From NCBI GenBank assembly GCA_002813105.2, contig CP017966.2:790745-854744 (forward strand): 64,000 bases of DNA, read 5' to 3'. Source of the DNA: Methanosarcinales archaeon Met12 (lineage in GTDB: Archaea > Halobacteriota > UBA148 > JAJOKI01). The notes beneath the pieces are model-generated. The model did not search any database, had not been told where the DNA came from, and worked only from the letters and a program-made list of their open reading frames with translations. Positions 21,633-29,046 of this stretch are shown one piece after another. The number at the start of each line of letters is the position of its first letter. The first letter of the stretch is position 1. The translations under genes and the position numbers were made by a program.

Positions 21633-21950
21633 TCAGACCTCTGCACCGAGCTCTTCGAGAAGCAGTTTTTTGATGTTCTCAACGTCTATGTCTCTGGGTA
21701 CTTTTTTGCTTTCAATGAAATCGATGAAATCAGGTAGTGATAGCTTTGCGAGTCTCGCCGCTCTCTCGAGAGAGGCTTTTTCTTTTTTATATAACTCCAG
21801 TGCCAGTTCCTTTCTTTTCTCCTCGATTCCTACCTCGAAGACCTCTCTGATGACCGCTGATTTACTCTTCTTCTCTATTCTCCCCAGCTCATCAAGCTCT
21901 GCCACAAAGTTTTTTGAAATCCTAAATCCTACGTATTTGGTTTCTGCCAT
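21633..21950 (-). CDS. UPF0175-family antitoxin
   Basis: LALELYKKEKASLERAARLAKLSLPDFIDFIESKKV is the UPF0175 HTH pattern. Confidence 0.65.
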   Translation of the reverse strand: MAETKYVGFRISKNFVAELDELGRIEKKSKSAVIREVFEVGIEEKRKELALELYKKEKASLERAARLAKLSLPDFIDFIESKKVPRDIDVENIKKLLLEELGAEV

Positions 21951-22008
21951 TTGACCACGTGAAAACATTGTTGTCACATAATTTAAAGTTGTCGCTGAAA
22001 AGTTTGTC

Positions 22009-22036
22009 AAAAATAAAAAAATTAGGGAAGAAGGGA
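22009..22036. repeat. right direct repeat, part of the surface-protein gene terminator
   Basis: AAAAATAAAAAAATTAGGGAAGAAGGGA. On the minus strand it forms the AGAAGGGA GCAA TCCCTTCT hairpin followed by an oligo-T tract after stop 22065. Confidence 0.7.
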
Positions 22037-22064
22037 TTGCTCCCTTCTCAATTTGTGGTGTGTT

Positions 22065-23303
22065 TTACTCTTCTTTGCGTCTCAGCACCAGATATGCTAC
22101 CGCAAGCAGTCCGAGGATTGCGAATATCGCTCCGAATCCTGGAACTGGTACTGGTGTGGGTGTTGGCGTAGGCGTCGGAGTTGGTGTAGGTGTTGGCACT
22201 GGTGTAGGCGTCGGAGTTGGTGTTGGAGTTGGTGTAGGCGTTGGCACGACCACTACTGCCTCAAGGACGTGTACGGTCGTCCGTTCTGCTGGTGTGCCTA
22301 AGATTTCGACTTCAACCTCCCATGCTCCTATTGCGAAGCCGGTTGTGTTGAACTCTGCAGTCACCCTACCATCTACAACCACTGGGCGTGCCAGTGCGAC
22401 GGCCCCAGCAGGTCCTGTCAGCGTTACGGTTGCCAGTTTACCAGCCATCCTGTTCGTCTCTGCTTCAACGGTCAAGTCTCTGCCCACTGTAACATTTGCA
22501 ATGGGAAGAATCGTCAGGATGTCTCTCTCGACCCTGAACTCCCTGATGGTCAGTATGTCGTCACTGCCTGCAACGGTTGCTCTAGCCCTAATCATGGATG
22601 TAATCTCTGCGATTGTTCTACCAGCGTAGTGACCCCGAGCCGCAGTCAGGTTCGCACCTATTATTACATCTGTTCTTCCATCCCTGCCTGGATGTACCAC
22701 GAACACGGTGTATGTGCCTCTTGTCACTGCTGTTGCGAACGGTCTCTGTTCGTATGTCCAGTCAGCTGCCCTGACGGTGACATTGCCACTGAAGTCTATG
22801 CGTGAAATGTCGTTCCTGACCACTATCATGCCGACCCATGGGGCACCACGTGCTCTACCATCGACCCTCATGTCTACGGTATCGCTCTCAGCTGTGACTG
22901 CCGGTACGTTTACGACTAAATCGCCTTCAACCAGTCGTATCGAAGTGACTGCGTCTGGGGATGGTTTGATGCCTGATACGTCAGTGGCGTATACGTTTAT
23001 CCTGTAGGTGCCTGGCAGTAGTCCGCTAGTGACCCATGTGTGCCTGTAGACATTAGCGGCATCCACTCGCGTGAATACCACTGTCACGTTCTCGCCAGCC
23101 GGGTTTATGACACGGATGGTCGCACCCAAGTTACCCGTCACCGTACCCGTGATGTCCACCCTCTCGCCGATTATGGCGGTCGTCGGTGCGGATACGGTTG
23201 CCAAACCCCTGCCCACGGTGATGACAATCGATGCCTCTCTCATTGGAACGGCGACACGGTCCGTAGCCGTCACGGTGAATGTGCGGTCCATGGCGAACTC
23301 CAT
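22065..23303 (-). CDS. PGF-CTERM surface (S-layer-like) glycoprotein, C-terminal portion
   Basis: Repeated Ig-like beta-rich modules, a PT-rich linker, then PVPGFGAIFAILGLLAVAYLVLRRKEE (PGF-CTERM archaeosortase signal). No signal peptide of its own. Confidence 0.8.
   Translation of the reverse strand: MEFAMDRTFTVTATDRVAVPMREASIVITVGRGLATVSAPTTAIIGERVDITGTVTGNLGATIRVINPAGENVTVVFTRVDAANVYRHTWVTSGLLPGTYRINVYATDVSGIKPSPDAVTSIRLVEGDLVVNVPAVTAESDTVDMRVDGRARGAPWVGMIVVRNDISRIDFSGNVTVRAADWTYEQRPFATAVTRGTYTVFVVHPGRDGRTDVIIGANLTAARGHYAGRTIAEITSMIRARATVAGSDDILTIREFRVERDILTILPIANVTVGRDLTVEAETNRMAGKLATVTLTGPAGAVALARPVVVDGRVTAEFNTTGFAIGAWEVEVEILGTPAERTTVHVLEAVVVVPTPTPTPTPTPTPTPVPTPTPTPTPTPTPTPVPVPGFGAIFAILGLLAVAYLVLRRKEE
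22144..22250. repeat. low-complexity coding repeat (Pro-Thr linker)
   Basis: GGTGT(A/T)GG-type hexamer reiteration encoding PTPTPTPTPTPTPVPTPTPTPTPTPTPTPVPV. Confidence 0.85.
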
Positions 23304-24226
23304 CGTGAACCTGAATGTGCCGTCGGCTTTGTCGTAAAGTCGTTCAGGTGTGGAATGACCCTTGCCTCCCCTGTGGGAAGCGTGGTTATGGTGACATTAT
23401 GCCCGGCAACTCCTGTTACCGTGAACGTCGTCCTCTCTCCTGTGACGATTGCGGTCCTGGTCGCACTGATGGCTACTGCTGGGTCAACTATCCTCAGCGA
23501 TACAATGTTTGAACTTGCTGATAATCCCTGTGCTCTGTCTGCTACTGTCCTGACCTGTATCGTCCATGTGCCATGTCTCAAGCCGGTCGTGTTCAGTACG
23601 AACGCACTGATGTTGGTCATGTTAATGTCTCTCAAAGCATTTTGTGAGTGTCCTGCGACAGTCCAGTTGTTCGGTGCTACTCTATGTATGTTGCCAATCG
23701 GGTCGGTGAGTATGATGTCACCCCTGTCCCCACCAGCTATGTTGGTCGTCACGTTGAGTGTCACATTAGAGCCTTCTGCAACGCTGGTCACCGATGTTCC
23801 GTGGAACCGTGTGTCTATTGTTAATATTGGTGCATCGACAAATAGTCTGAATGTAATCAAACCAACCGGCGCAATAGATCGATTAGCCGTAACATTATAT
23901 ATGCCAGTTCTCATAGCTCGAGCGACCGTGTCAACGATGGTTAGGTTAGCAGGAGCAGGACCTACAGGTAGCGCAAAGGTGTGGCCCGCTGCAGCACCAA
24001 CCATACCTGTAAATGTGACTGTGGTAGTGGCGTTCAGATCTGTAAGATTGAGGACTTGACCGAGCAACACCGGATAGTCCACTCCTGCTGCTGGAGTAAA
24101 CCTATTATGACTCTCGCCTGGTGTCGCACCTGTCGCCCCTACCGGCGTAACAAACGCCGTAAAGACGGATAGTATCATTAGTGTCGTTAAGAATGTCGCT
24201 GTAATCTTCTTTTTTATGTTATTCAT
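23270..24226 (-). CDS. surface protein, N-terminal portion with signal peptide (probably the same gene as 22065-23303)
   Basis: MNNIKKKITATFLTTLMILSVFTAFVTPVGA is a signal peptide. It has the same beta-rich N-x-T/S-rich modules and no membrane anchor. Confidence 0.75.
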   Translation of the reverse strand: MNNIKKKITATFLTTLMILSVFTAFVTPVGATGATPGESHNRFTPAAGVDYPVLLGQVLNLTDLNATTTVTFTGMVGAAAGHTFALPVGPAPANLTIVDTVARAMRTGIYNVTANRSIAPVGLITFRLFVDAPILTIDTRFHGTSVTSVAEGSNVTLNVTTNIAGGDRGDIILTDPIGNIHRVAPNNWTVAGHSQNALRDINMTNISAFVLNTTGLRHGTWTIQVRTVADRAQGLSASSNIVSLRIVDPAVAISATRTAIVTGERTTFTVTGVAGHNVTITTLPTGEARVIPHLNDFTTKPTAHSGSRWSSPWTAHSP

Positions 24227-24434
24227 TATTTGTTTAACCTCCTTTTGGTTTTATTCATTTTGGGCGTCATCTATTATAAGGCTTTGGTTTTGGCGTTTTT
24301 GTCCGAAACATAAAACCCTATTTTTTACAGCGCCCTCCCAACCCCTCTTGAGGTTGTTATGGATATGTTAAGTTCCTACCTATTTAAATGTTTTGTGGTT
24401 GTCGATGTTCTCGATGTTTTCCATCTTTTGGTCA

Positions 24435-24635
24435 TCATCGACGTTTTTGCTCTTTTTCCAACCACGACAGCATGGCTTCAGTTACGGCTTTTCCGACCGC
24501 CATACCCCTTCTGGTAGCCTCTGCTTTGAACTCCAGGTAGGTTTTCCTGTCGATTCCTTTCACGTTTATCTCCACTCTCTCTGGCTTAGCCTTCCACTTG
24601 ACCATATCTTTGGCTTTTTCGAACAGGTCGACCAT
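24435..24635 (-). CDS. ribbon-helix-helix-like small protein (orphan antitoxin-like)
   Basis: 66 aa. VEINVKGIDRKTYLEFKAEATRRGMAVGKAVTEAMLSWL shows a strand-helix-helix pattern. Composition is better than the overlapping + strand ORF. Confidence 0.5.
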   Translation of the reverse strand: MVDLFEKAKDMVKWKAKPERVEINVKGIDRKTYLEFKAEATRRGMAVGKAVTEAMLSWLEKEQKRR

Positions 24636-24671
24636 GTGAAAACAGTGGAACGTGTGCCGATATAAAGATTT

Positions 24672-24698
24672 CTGATGTCATCGCCTTATCTCTGGAAT
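24672..24698. repeat. left direct repeat flanking the hicAB cassette
   Basis: CTGATGTCATCGCCTTATCTCTGGAAT, 25/27 identical to 25297-25323. Confidence 0.75.
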
Positions 24699-24728
24699 GT
24701 TTTGTGGTGGTGGCGAAAATTTATGTAT

Positions 24729-24752
24729 GTTGAACCACATAGGGATTACAAC
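24729..24752. repeat. degenerate solo H2 hairpin of the composite palindromic element family
   Basis: GTTGAACCACATAGGGATTACAAC compared with GTTGAAATCCCATAGGGATTACAAC at 40006-40030. Confidence 0.55.
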
Positions 24753-24809
24753 TATCACCGAACCCCAGAGATAATGGTCTCAAGAACGGTTCGAGTATGG
24801 ATAAAGACG

Positions 24810-25016
24810 ATGAAATTTAAAGTAATTGTAAGTGAAGGGGAAGACGGATGGTACGTTGTTGAATGCCCTGCCTTGCCTGGATGTGTTTCTCAAGGAAAAA
24901 CTATAGAGGATGCCTTAGAAAATATTAAAGATGCCATCCAGGGTTGTTTAGAAGTTCTAAATCAAAGAGCAAGAGCATTCAGTGTCCATGATAAAGTGGT
25001 AGAGGTAGTTGTTTAA
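24810..25016 (+). CDS. hicB: HicB-family antitoxin
   Basis: MKFKVIVSEGEDGWYVVECPALPGCVSQGKTIEDALENIKDAI (UPF0150/HicB fold). Confidence 0.8.
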   Translation: MKFKVIVSEGEDGWYVVECPALPGCVSQGKTIEDALENIKDAIQGCLEVLNQRARAFSVHDKVVEVVV

Positions 25017-25025
25017 TCAAACACT

Positions 25026-25247
25026 ATGACAAAACTGCCGGTCACCTCCGGGACGAAAGCCGTTAAAGCGTTTAGTAGAGCAGGCTGGAGTGCAAATAGG
25101 CAAACAGGTAGCCACATAATCATGGAAAAAGTTGGCTCTATTGTTACTCTTTCCGTACCAATCCACAGAGAACTTGATAGAGGCACTCTCAGGAAGCTGA
25201 TTAAGCTGGCCGGTTTAACTGTGGAAGAGTTTGTAGATTTGTTTTGA
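25026..25247 (+). CDS. hicA: HicA-family mRNA interferase toxin
   Basis: LPVTSGTKAVKAFSRAGWSANRQTGSHIIMEK. Confidence 0.85.
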   Translation: MTKLPVTSGTKAVKAFSRAGWSANRQTGSHIIMEKVGSIVTLSVPIHRELDRGTLRKLIKLAGLTVEEFVDLF

Positions 25248-25296
25248 TAAGAAGACTACTTGGTCAAACTGTGGTTTTGTGTCAGAAAACTCGTGC

Positions 25297-25323
25297 CTGA
25301 TGTCATCGCCTTATTTCTGAAAT
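25297..25323. repeat. right direct repeat flanking the hicAB cassette
   Basis: CTGATGTCATCGCCTTATTTCTGAAAT. Confidence 0.75.
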
Positions 25324-25376
25324 ATCGATGAACGAAAAGAACAGAGAATGGCGAGTACAACTCCCATGACCACAAA

Positions 25377-25931
25377 TTACAGCTTCTTCACCATCTTTTC
25401 AAGAAGTTCAACCGTTCGATTTTGCCCATTAACTATTTTATCCTGCCCCTCTGTCAGCGAATCCAGACTTTGTATCATTTTATCCTGACCCTTAACCAGC
25501 GAATCCTGCCCCTCTGTCAGCGAATCCAGACTTTGTATCATTTTATCCTGACCACCCAACAGGGCTCCTGTGTTCCTCTCGACCCCCCGAATTGATTCAA
25601 TCCCGACATCGAGTTTTCTTCCAATATCGCTCAATTCGTCTGTTGGTGCCTTGAAAAATACCTGGGGCAGGTACACATCGCAGGGTATTTCTTCCTTATT
25701 TACTTCATCTATTGCAGCTCCAACGTTCACACATTTGTCCTCAAGTTCCTTTACCAGACTTGTGACCAAAGGAGCTGCTCCCCTGCAAACGATCTTTACG
25801 GTGCCATCACTATCGTTATAGACCATGCCTCTGACATTAAGGCTTTTGGCAATACTTTCGACCAGATTCCTGAATCCTGTATCTTGAACCCTGCCTTTTA
25901 TCTGGATGTTGTAGTTTTTGTGGGCTTGCAT
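25377..25931 (-). CDS. acylphosphatase-like domain protein with repeated helical tail
   Basis: IQIKGRVQDTGFRNLV...GMVYNDSDGTVKIV resembles the acylphosphatase fold. The C-terminus carries a duplicated 21-aa unit (GQDKMIQSLDSLTEGQD). Confidence 0.6.
   Translation of the reverse strand: MQAHKNYNIQIKGRVQDTGFRNLVESIAKSLNVRGMVYNDSDGTVKIVCRGAAPLVTSLVKELEDKCVNVGAAIDEVNKEEIPCDVYLPQVFFKAPTDELSDIGRKLDVGIESIRGVERNTGALLGGQDKMIQSLDSLTEGQDSLVKGQDKMIQSLDSLTEGQDKIVNGQNRTVELLEKMVKKL
25440..25553. repeat. 63-nt tandem duplication inside a CDS
   Basis: A 51-nt exact copy (ATCCTGCCCCTCTGTCAGCGAATCCAGACTTTGTATCATTTTATCCTGACC) at 25440-25490 and 25503-25553. Confidence 0.9.
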
Positions 25932-26042
25932 CGTATTTTACTTTCCCATCATGCAGTATAAATAAGTTACCAGAACTCTAAGCATTGATGAATCAATATA
26001 TATAAGAAATAAGAAGATGTGCCGAGTGTATGAGGTCGCTGT

Positions 26043-26156
26043 ATGAAACTTCCTGTCGCATCTGACAGGGAAATCATTAAAAGCACTCAAAAAGATTTGG
26101 TTTCACAGTCATTAGCCAAAAGGGGAGACATATTTGACTTGAGAAAAGGCCAATGA
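26043..26156 (+). pseudogene. decayed hicA
   Basis: MKLPVASDREIIK in one frame, then KALKKIWFHSH*PKGETYLT*EK in the +1 frame, where an intact HicA would read KALKK.GF...QKGSH..L.K. Frameshift plus two stops, and no hicB partner. Confidence 0.5.
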
Positions 26157-26204
26157 TGGGATAAAAGGAATTTATTGTAGGTGTCTGATGCTTCGTTGTC
26201 GATG

Positions 26205-26612
26205 TTAGCATACTTCCTCAGGCGACTTTACCTCGATTTCCGTTATTCTTTTAAACTCTTCATCCCTTGTAACTAGGGCACATCTCCGAACTTTGCATGT
26301 GGAGACGATAATCGCATCTGGAAGTCTCACCTTATATTTGGCTCTGATCGTCGATGCTTCTTTCGCGATGGATATATCCACATCGATGATTGTGAAGTTG
26401 TTAATGCTCATTATGTCTATGAGAAACTTTTCCCCTTTTTCAATCTCCCTGCTCGATTGGAACCCGCTTAAGATTTCCGCTATACATATCACAGAAGTGA
26501 AGCCAACATGTTTTCCTTTATGAATGTTTTCGAGTACCATCTTCGCTGCGTGATAATTTTCTTCTTCGTTTAGAATGCTCAGGAAGATGTTGGTGTCTAC
26601 AAACAACCTCAT
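26205..26612 (-). CDS. vapC: PIN-domain toxin VapC
   Basis: MRLFVDTNIFLSIL and VTRDEEF motifs. Confidence 0.85.
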   Translation of the reverse strand: MRLFVDTNIFLSILNEEENYHAAKMVLENIHKGKHVGFTSVICIAEILSGFQSSREIEKGEKFLIDIMSINNFTIIDVDISIAKEASTIRAKYKVRLPDAIIVSTCKVRRCALVTRDEEFKRITEIEVKSPEEVC

Positions 26613-26632
26613 ACAGTTACTTCTCTCGTTCT

Positions 26633-26863
26633 TCACCTCTCCCACTCATCCCGTATCCGCATCTGGTAATTCATGCTCTTTCCAAATATGCCCTTTCCCA
26701 GCCCAACGAGGTCTGCTATTGGCTGACTTGGGGATTTTTTCAGCACGATTTTTTCACCTTCAACTTCGAACATCACTTTTCCTCCTGTCTTGATGTCCAG
26801 TAGTCTCCTCATCCGCTGGGGGATGGTGACTTGTCCCTTTTTTGTGATTTTACTACACTCCAT
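26633..26863 (-). CDS. vapB: AbrB/SpoVT-type antitoxin VapB
   Basis: KKGQVTIPQRMRRLLDIKTGGKVMFEV. Confidence 0.8.
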   Translation of the reverse strand: MECSKITKKGQVTIPQRMRRLLDIKTGGKVMFEVEGEKIVLKKSPSQPIADLVGLGKGIFGKSMNYQMRIRDEWER

Positions 26864-26868
26864 ACTAT

Positions 26869-26890
26869 AGTATTACTGTTCAGTAATACT
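26869..26890. promoter_or_regulatory. perfect 10-nt inverted repeat, candidate VapB operator
   Basis: AGTATTACTG TT CAGTAATACT, starting 6 nt upstream of the vapB start codon. Confidence 0.5.
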
Positions 26891-26987
26891 TAAGATTTTT
26901 GGCGTTTTGCCTCCGGACACGATCAAGAAGCTAATTCTGAAGGGAGAAAGTTATGTGAAATCCTCACACTTATAAAAAGAGCCGTCT

Positions 26988-27836
26988 TTACAATCTTCCC
27001 CATCGCCTCTTGGAATAGACGACCAGTGCTATTATGATGATGGCTAAAACGATTCCTATTGTGGTTATATTGGCCCATAACACATGTGCTACGACAGCGG
27101 CTTCGGCGCTACGTTGTGCCCTCACTGCACTGGCATGGGCACTATCGGCCGCCGCAATCGACTCGTTTATTTGCGCTGCATGATACAGTGCGTTGCTTGA
27201 ATTATTGAAATTCCTTGCCGTCTGGAGATACGCAATCGCCCCGGTCACATCCACTCCCGCACCTTCGGCATCTGCAATCGCCTTCTTGGCTCTGGTGATC
27301 TGGTCCATAGCCCCGAATATGGTAGCCAACGCATACTCTATCAGTTCGCTGGTCACATTCACCCTTATCTGATGCATATCCTCTATATCGCCTGCCTTGG
27401 GACCCACCAGGCCGATGTGCATTTGTCGGATGTCCATTATAGCGGTGGAAGTCCTCACCCCAACCGTTGGAGCCCTGCCGTCCAGCTTGATAGTGACAGT
27501 ATCATACTCAAAATGGTCGAAGGTGAAATTGAACTTGCGCACATCGCGAGTATCCACTATCTTGCCGTTCACCATAATCGTCCAGATCGGTTCGTCCAGC
27601 TCCGTATCCAACAACAGCAATGTTTCAGTAATCAAGGCTGGAGTGACCTCCTTTAAAACGACCACCAGAGAGACCCGCTCTTCAATCAACAAATCCCGGT
27701 CCGGGATACTCTCTTCGGAGACCACACGGAAATTTAAGTGTGCTGAAACGGGCATCACAGCACTGCTGAGTAACATGAGGACGACCAATGTAATTAAAAT
27801 TGTTCTGCCGGTCAATCTGTCCAATCTCTTCATCAC
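26988..27836 (-). CDS. secreted, C-terminally membrane-anchored protein (last gene of the cetZ operon)
   Basis: Signal peptide LITLVVLMLLSSAVMPVSA, an Ala-rich helical region, then a C-terminal TM ITTIGIVLAIIIIALVVY followed by KRRW. Confidence 0.6.
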   Translation of the reverse strand: MMKRLDRLTGRTILITLVVLMLLSSAVMPVSAHLNFRVVSEESIPDRDLLIEERVSLVVVLKEVTPALITETLLLLDTELDEPIWTIMVNGKIVDTRDVRKFNFTFDHFEYDTVTIKLDGRAPTVGVRTSTAIMDIRQMHIGLVGPKAGDIEDMHQIRVNVTSELIEYALATIFGAMDQITRAKKAIADAEGAGVDVTGAIAYLQTARNFNNSSNALYHAAQINESIAAADSAHASAVRAQRSAEAAVVAHVLWANITTIGIVLAIIIIALVVYSKRRWGRL

Positions 27837-27846
27837 TTTCCCCTTT

Positions 27847-29016
27847 TCAGAATAACGGCTTGAGGGAGTCGTCCGTGTCCATCAGTTCGTCGTACTTCTT
27901 ACCGCTCTTGGCGACGAGCCCCTCTATATTGTCCTGTGCCTCGATTGCTATGCGCTGCAACTCCTTGATTCTGGGTATGTCGGATATGCCTGATAGGAGC
28001 ACCACTACTGCTACGTGTTTACTTCCTGGAATCGGATAATCTCCTCCACGGACCTCTGTGCCATCTATCAAATCCTCGACAAATACTTTTGCCTTGTCCA
28101 TTCCCTTCTTATTCAGTTCGTCTGGCGCACCTGCCATCAACACGAGCGCCTTTTCCGCAGTTCTGATATCACACTGCACCGTCAGCCGGCCCATCACCGC
28201 CCTTCGCACCAGCGACATGATCCTGGTGGTGGCATCCAACGTATTTATGGTTGCCTTGCGTCTTCGGAACAGTTTGGCAAGGAAGCCGCGTGAGTGTGAT
28301 TGCACTTCTTCACTTGCATAACCTATAACGGAAATGCCCCCTCCTTTCAACGTATTGATGATCTCGGATGCGTCCACGACCAACTGGCCTACATCTCCTC
28401 TTTTGGTCCGCTCGCCGGCACTTATCAAAACGCCGAATCTCCTCACGATTTCATCGTTCATATGATTGTATGCATCCTCAAGTGTTTCTCCCTCTTTCTT
28501 CCAGAGGTCGTTGTCGAATAGAAATAGATTATCCACCTCTTTAACCAGCGTCATGAAACTTCGAGCCGCATTCAATGAATATAATCCTCCCTCTTCTCTT
28601 GCAGGCAGAAATCCCAGACCATATACTGGTTCGTTGTACAGGGTCTTCAACCTGCGTGCCAGGACGGGCGCCCCTCCAGACCCTGTCCCCCCTCCCAGGC
28701 CTGCAACGATCAGGAAGCCATCGACCTGATGGGTACCCCGTTTATCGATTGCGCTCTGTATCGTATAAATTTCATCCGTAGCTATTTTTGCGCCCGTTTC
28801 ATTATCAGCGCCGACGCCGTGACCCTTTACAATCGACTGTCCTACCAACAGGCGGTCCTCCATCGGTATGTTCTTCAGGCCCATGAGGTCTGACTTGGCG
28901 GTGTTAATGGCAAGAGAACGTGCGATGCTGTTTTGACCGGTTCTCTTGTCATACTCCACAAAAAGGTCTACCACTTTGCCCCCTGCTTGTCCAAAACCAA
29001 TTAGGAAAAATTTCAT
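27847..29016 (-). CDS. cetZ: CetZ-type tubulin/FtsZ superfamily GTPase
   Basis: MKFFLIGFGQAGGKVVD, the GGGTGSG tubulin signature and the NDLW T7-like loop. Strongly CetZ-like over the first 200 aa. Confidence 0.85.
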   Translation of the reverse strand: MKFFLIGFGQAGGKVVDLFVEYDKRTGQNSIARSLAINTAKSDLMGLKNIPMEDRLLVGQSIVKGHGVGADNETGAKIATDEIYTIQSAIDKRGTHQVDGFLIVAGLGGGTGSGGAPVLARRLKTLYNEPVYGLGFLPAREEGGLYSLNAARSFMTLVKEVDNLFLFDNDLWKKEGETLEDAYNHMNDEIVRRFGVLISAGERTKRGDVGQLVVDASEIINTLKGGGISVIGYASEEVQSHSRGFLAKLFRRRKATINTLDATTRIMSLVRRAVMGRLTVQCDIRTAEKALVLMAGAPDELNKKGMDKAKVFVEDLIDGTEVRGGDYPIPGSKHVAVVVLLSGISDIPRIKELQRIAIEAQDNIEGLVAKSGKKYDELMDTDDSLKPLF

Positions 29017-29046
29017 TGTAATCAACTGTATTTGAATATAATATAA

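Noticed and set aside
23040-24059. A long + strand ORF of 339 aa. Similar long ORFs include 22060-22629, 35926-36534, 38154-38888, 19548-20090, 32241-32708 and 57516-57992.
   Set aside because: All are antisense or out-of-frame shadows of strongly supported genes (surface protein, ileS, glmM, cofE, hppA). They have low-complexity or Ser/Pro/Cys-rich composition and no motifs.
24278-26925. Similar segments TTTTGGCGTTTTTGTCCGAAACA (about 24286) and TTTTGGCGTTTTGCCTCCGGACACGA (about 26897), which might delimit a 2.6-kb island.
   Set aside because: Only a 12-nt exact core with gapped similarity around it, which is within chance expectation for this window size.
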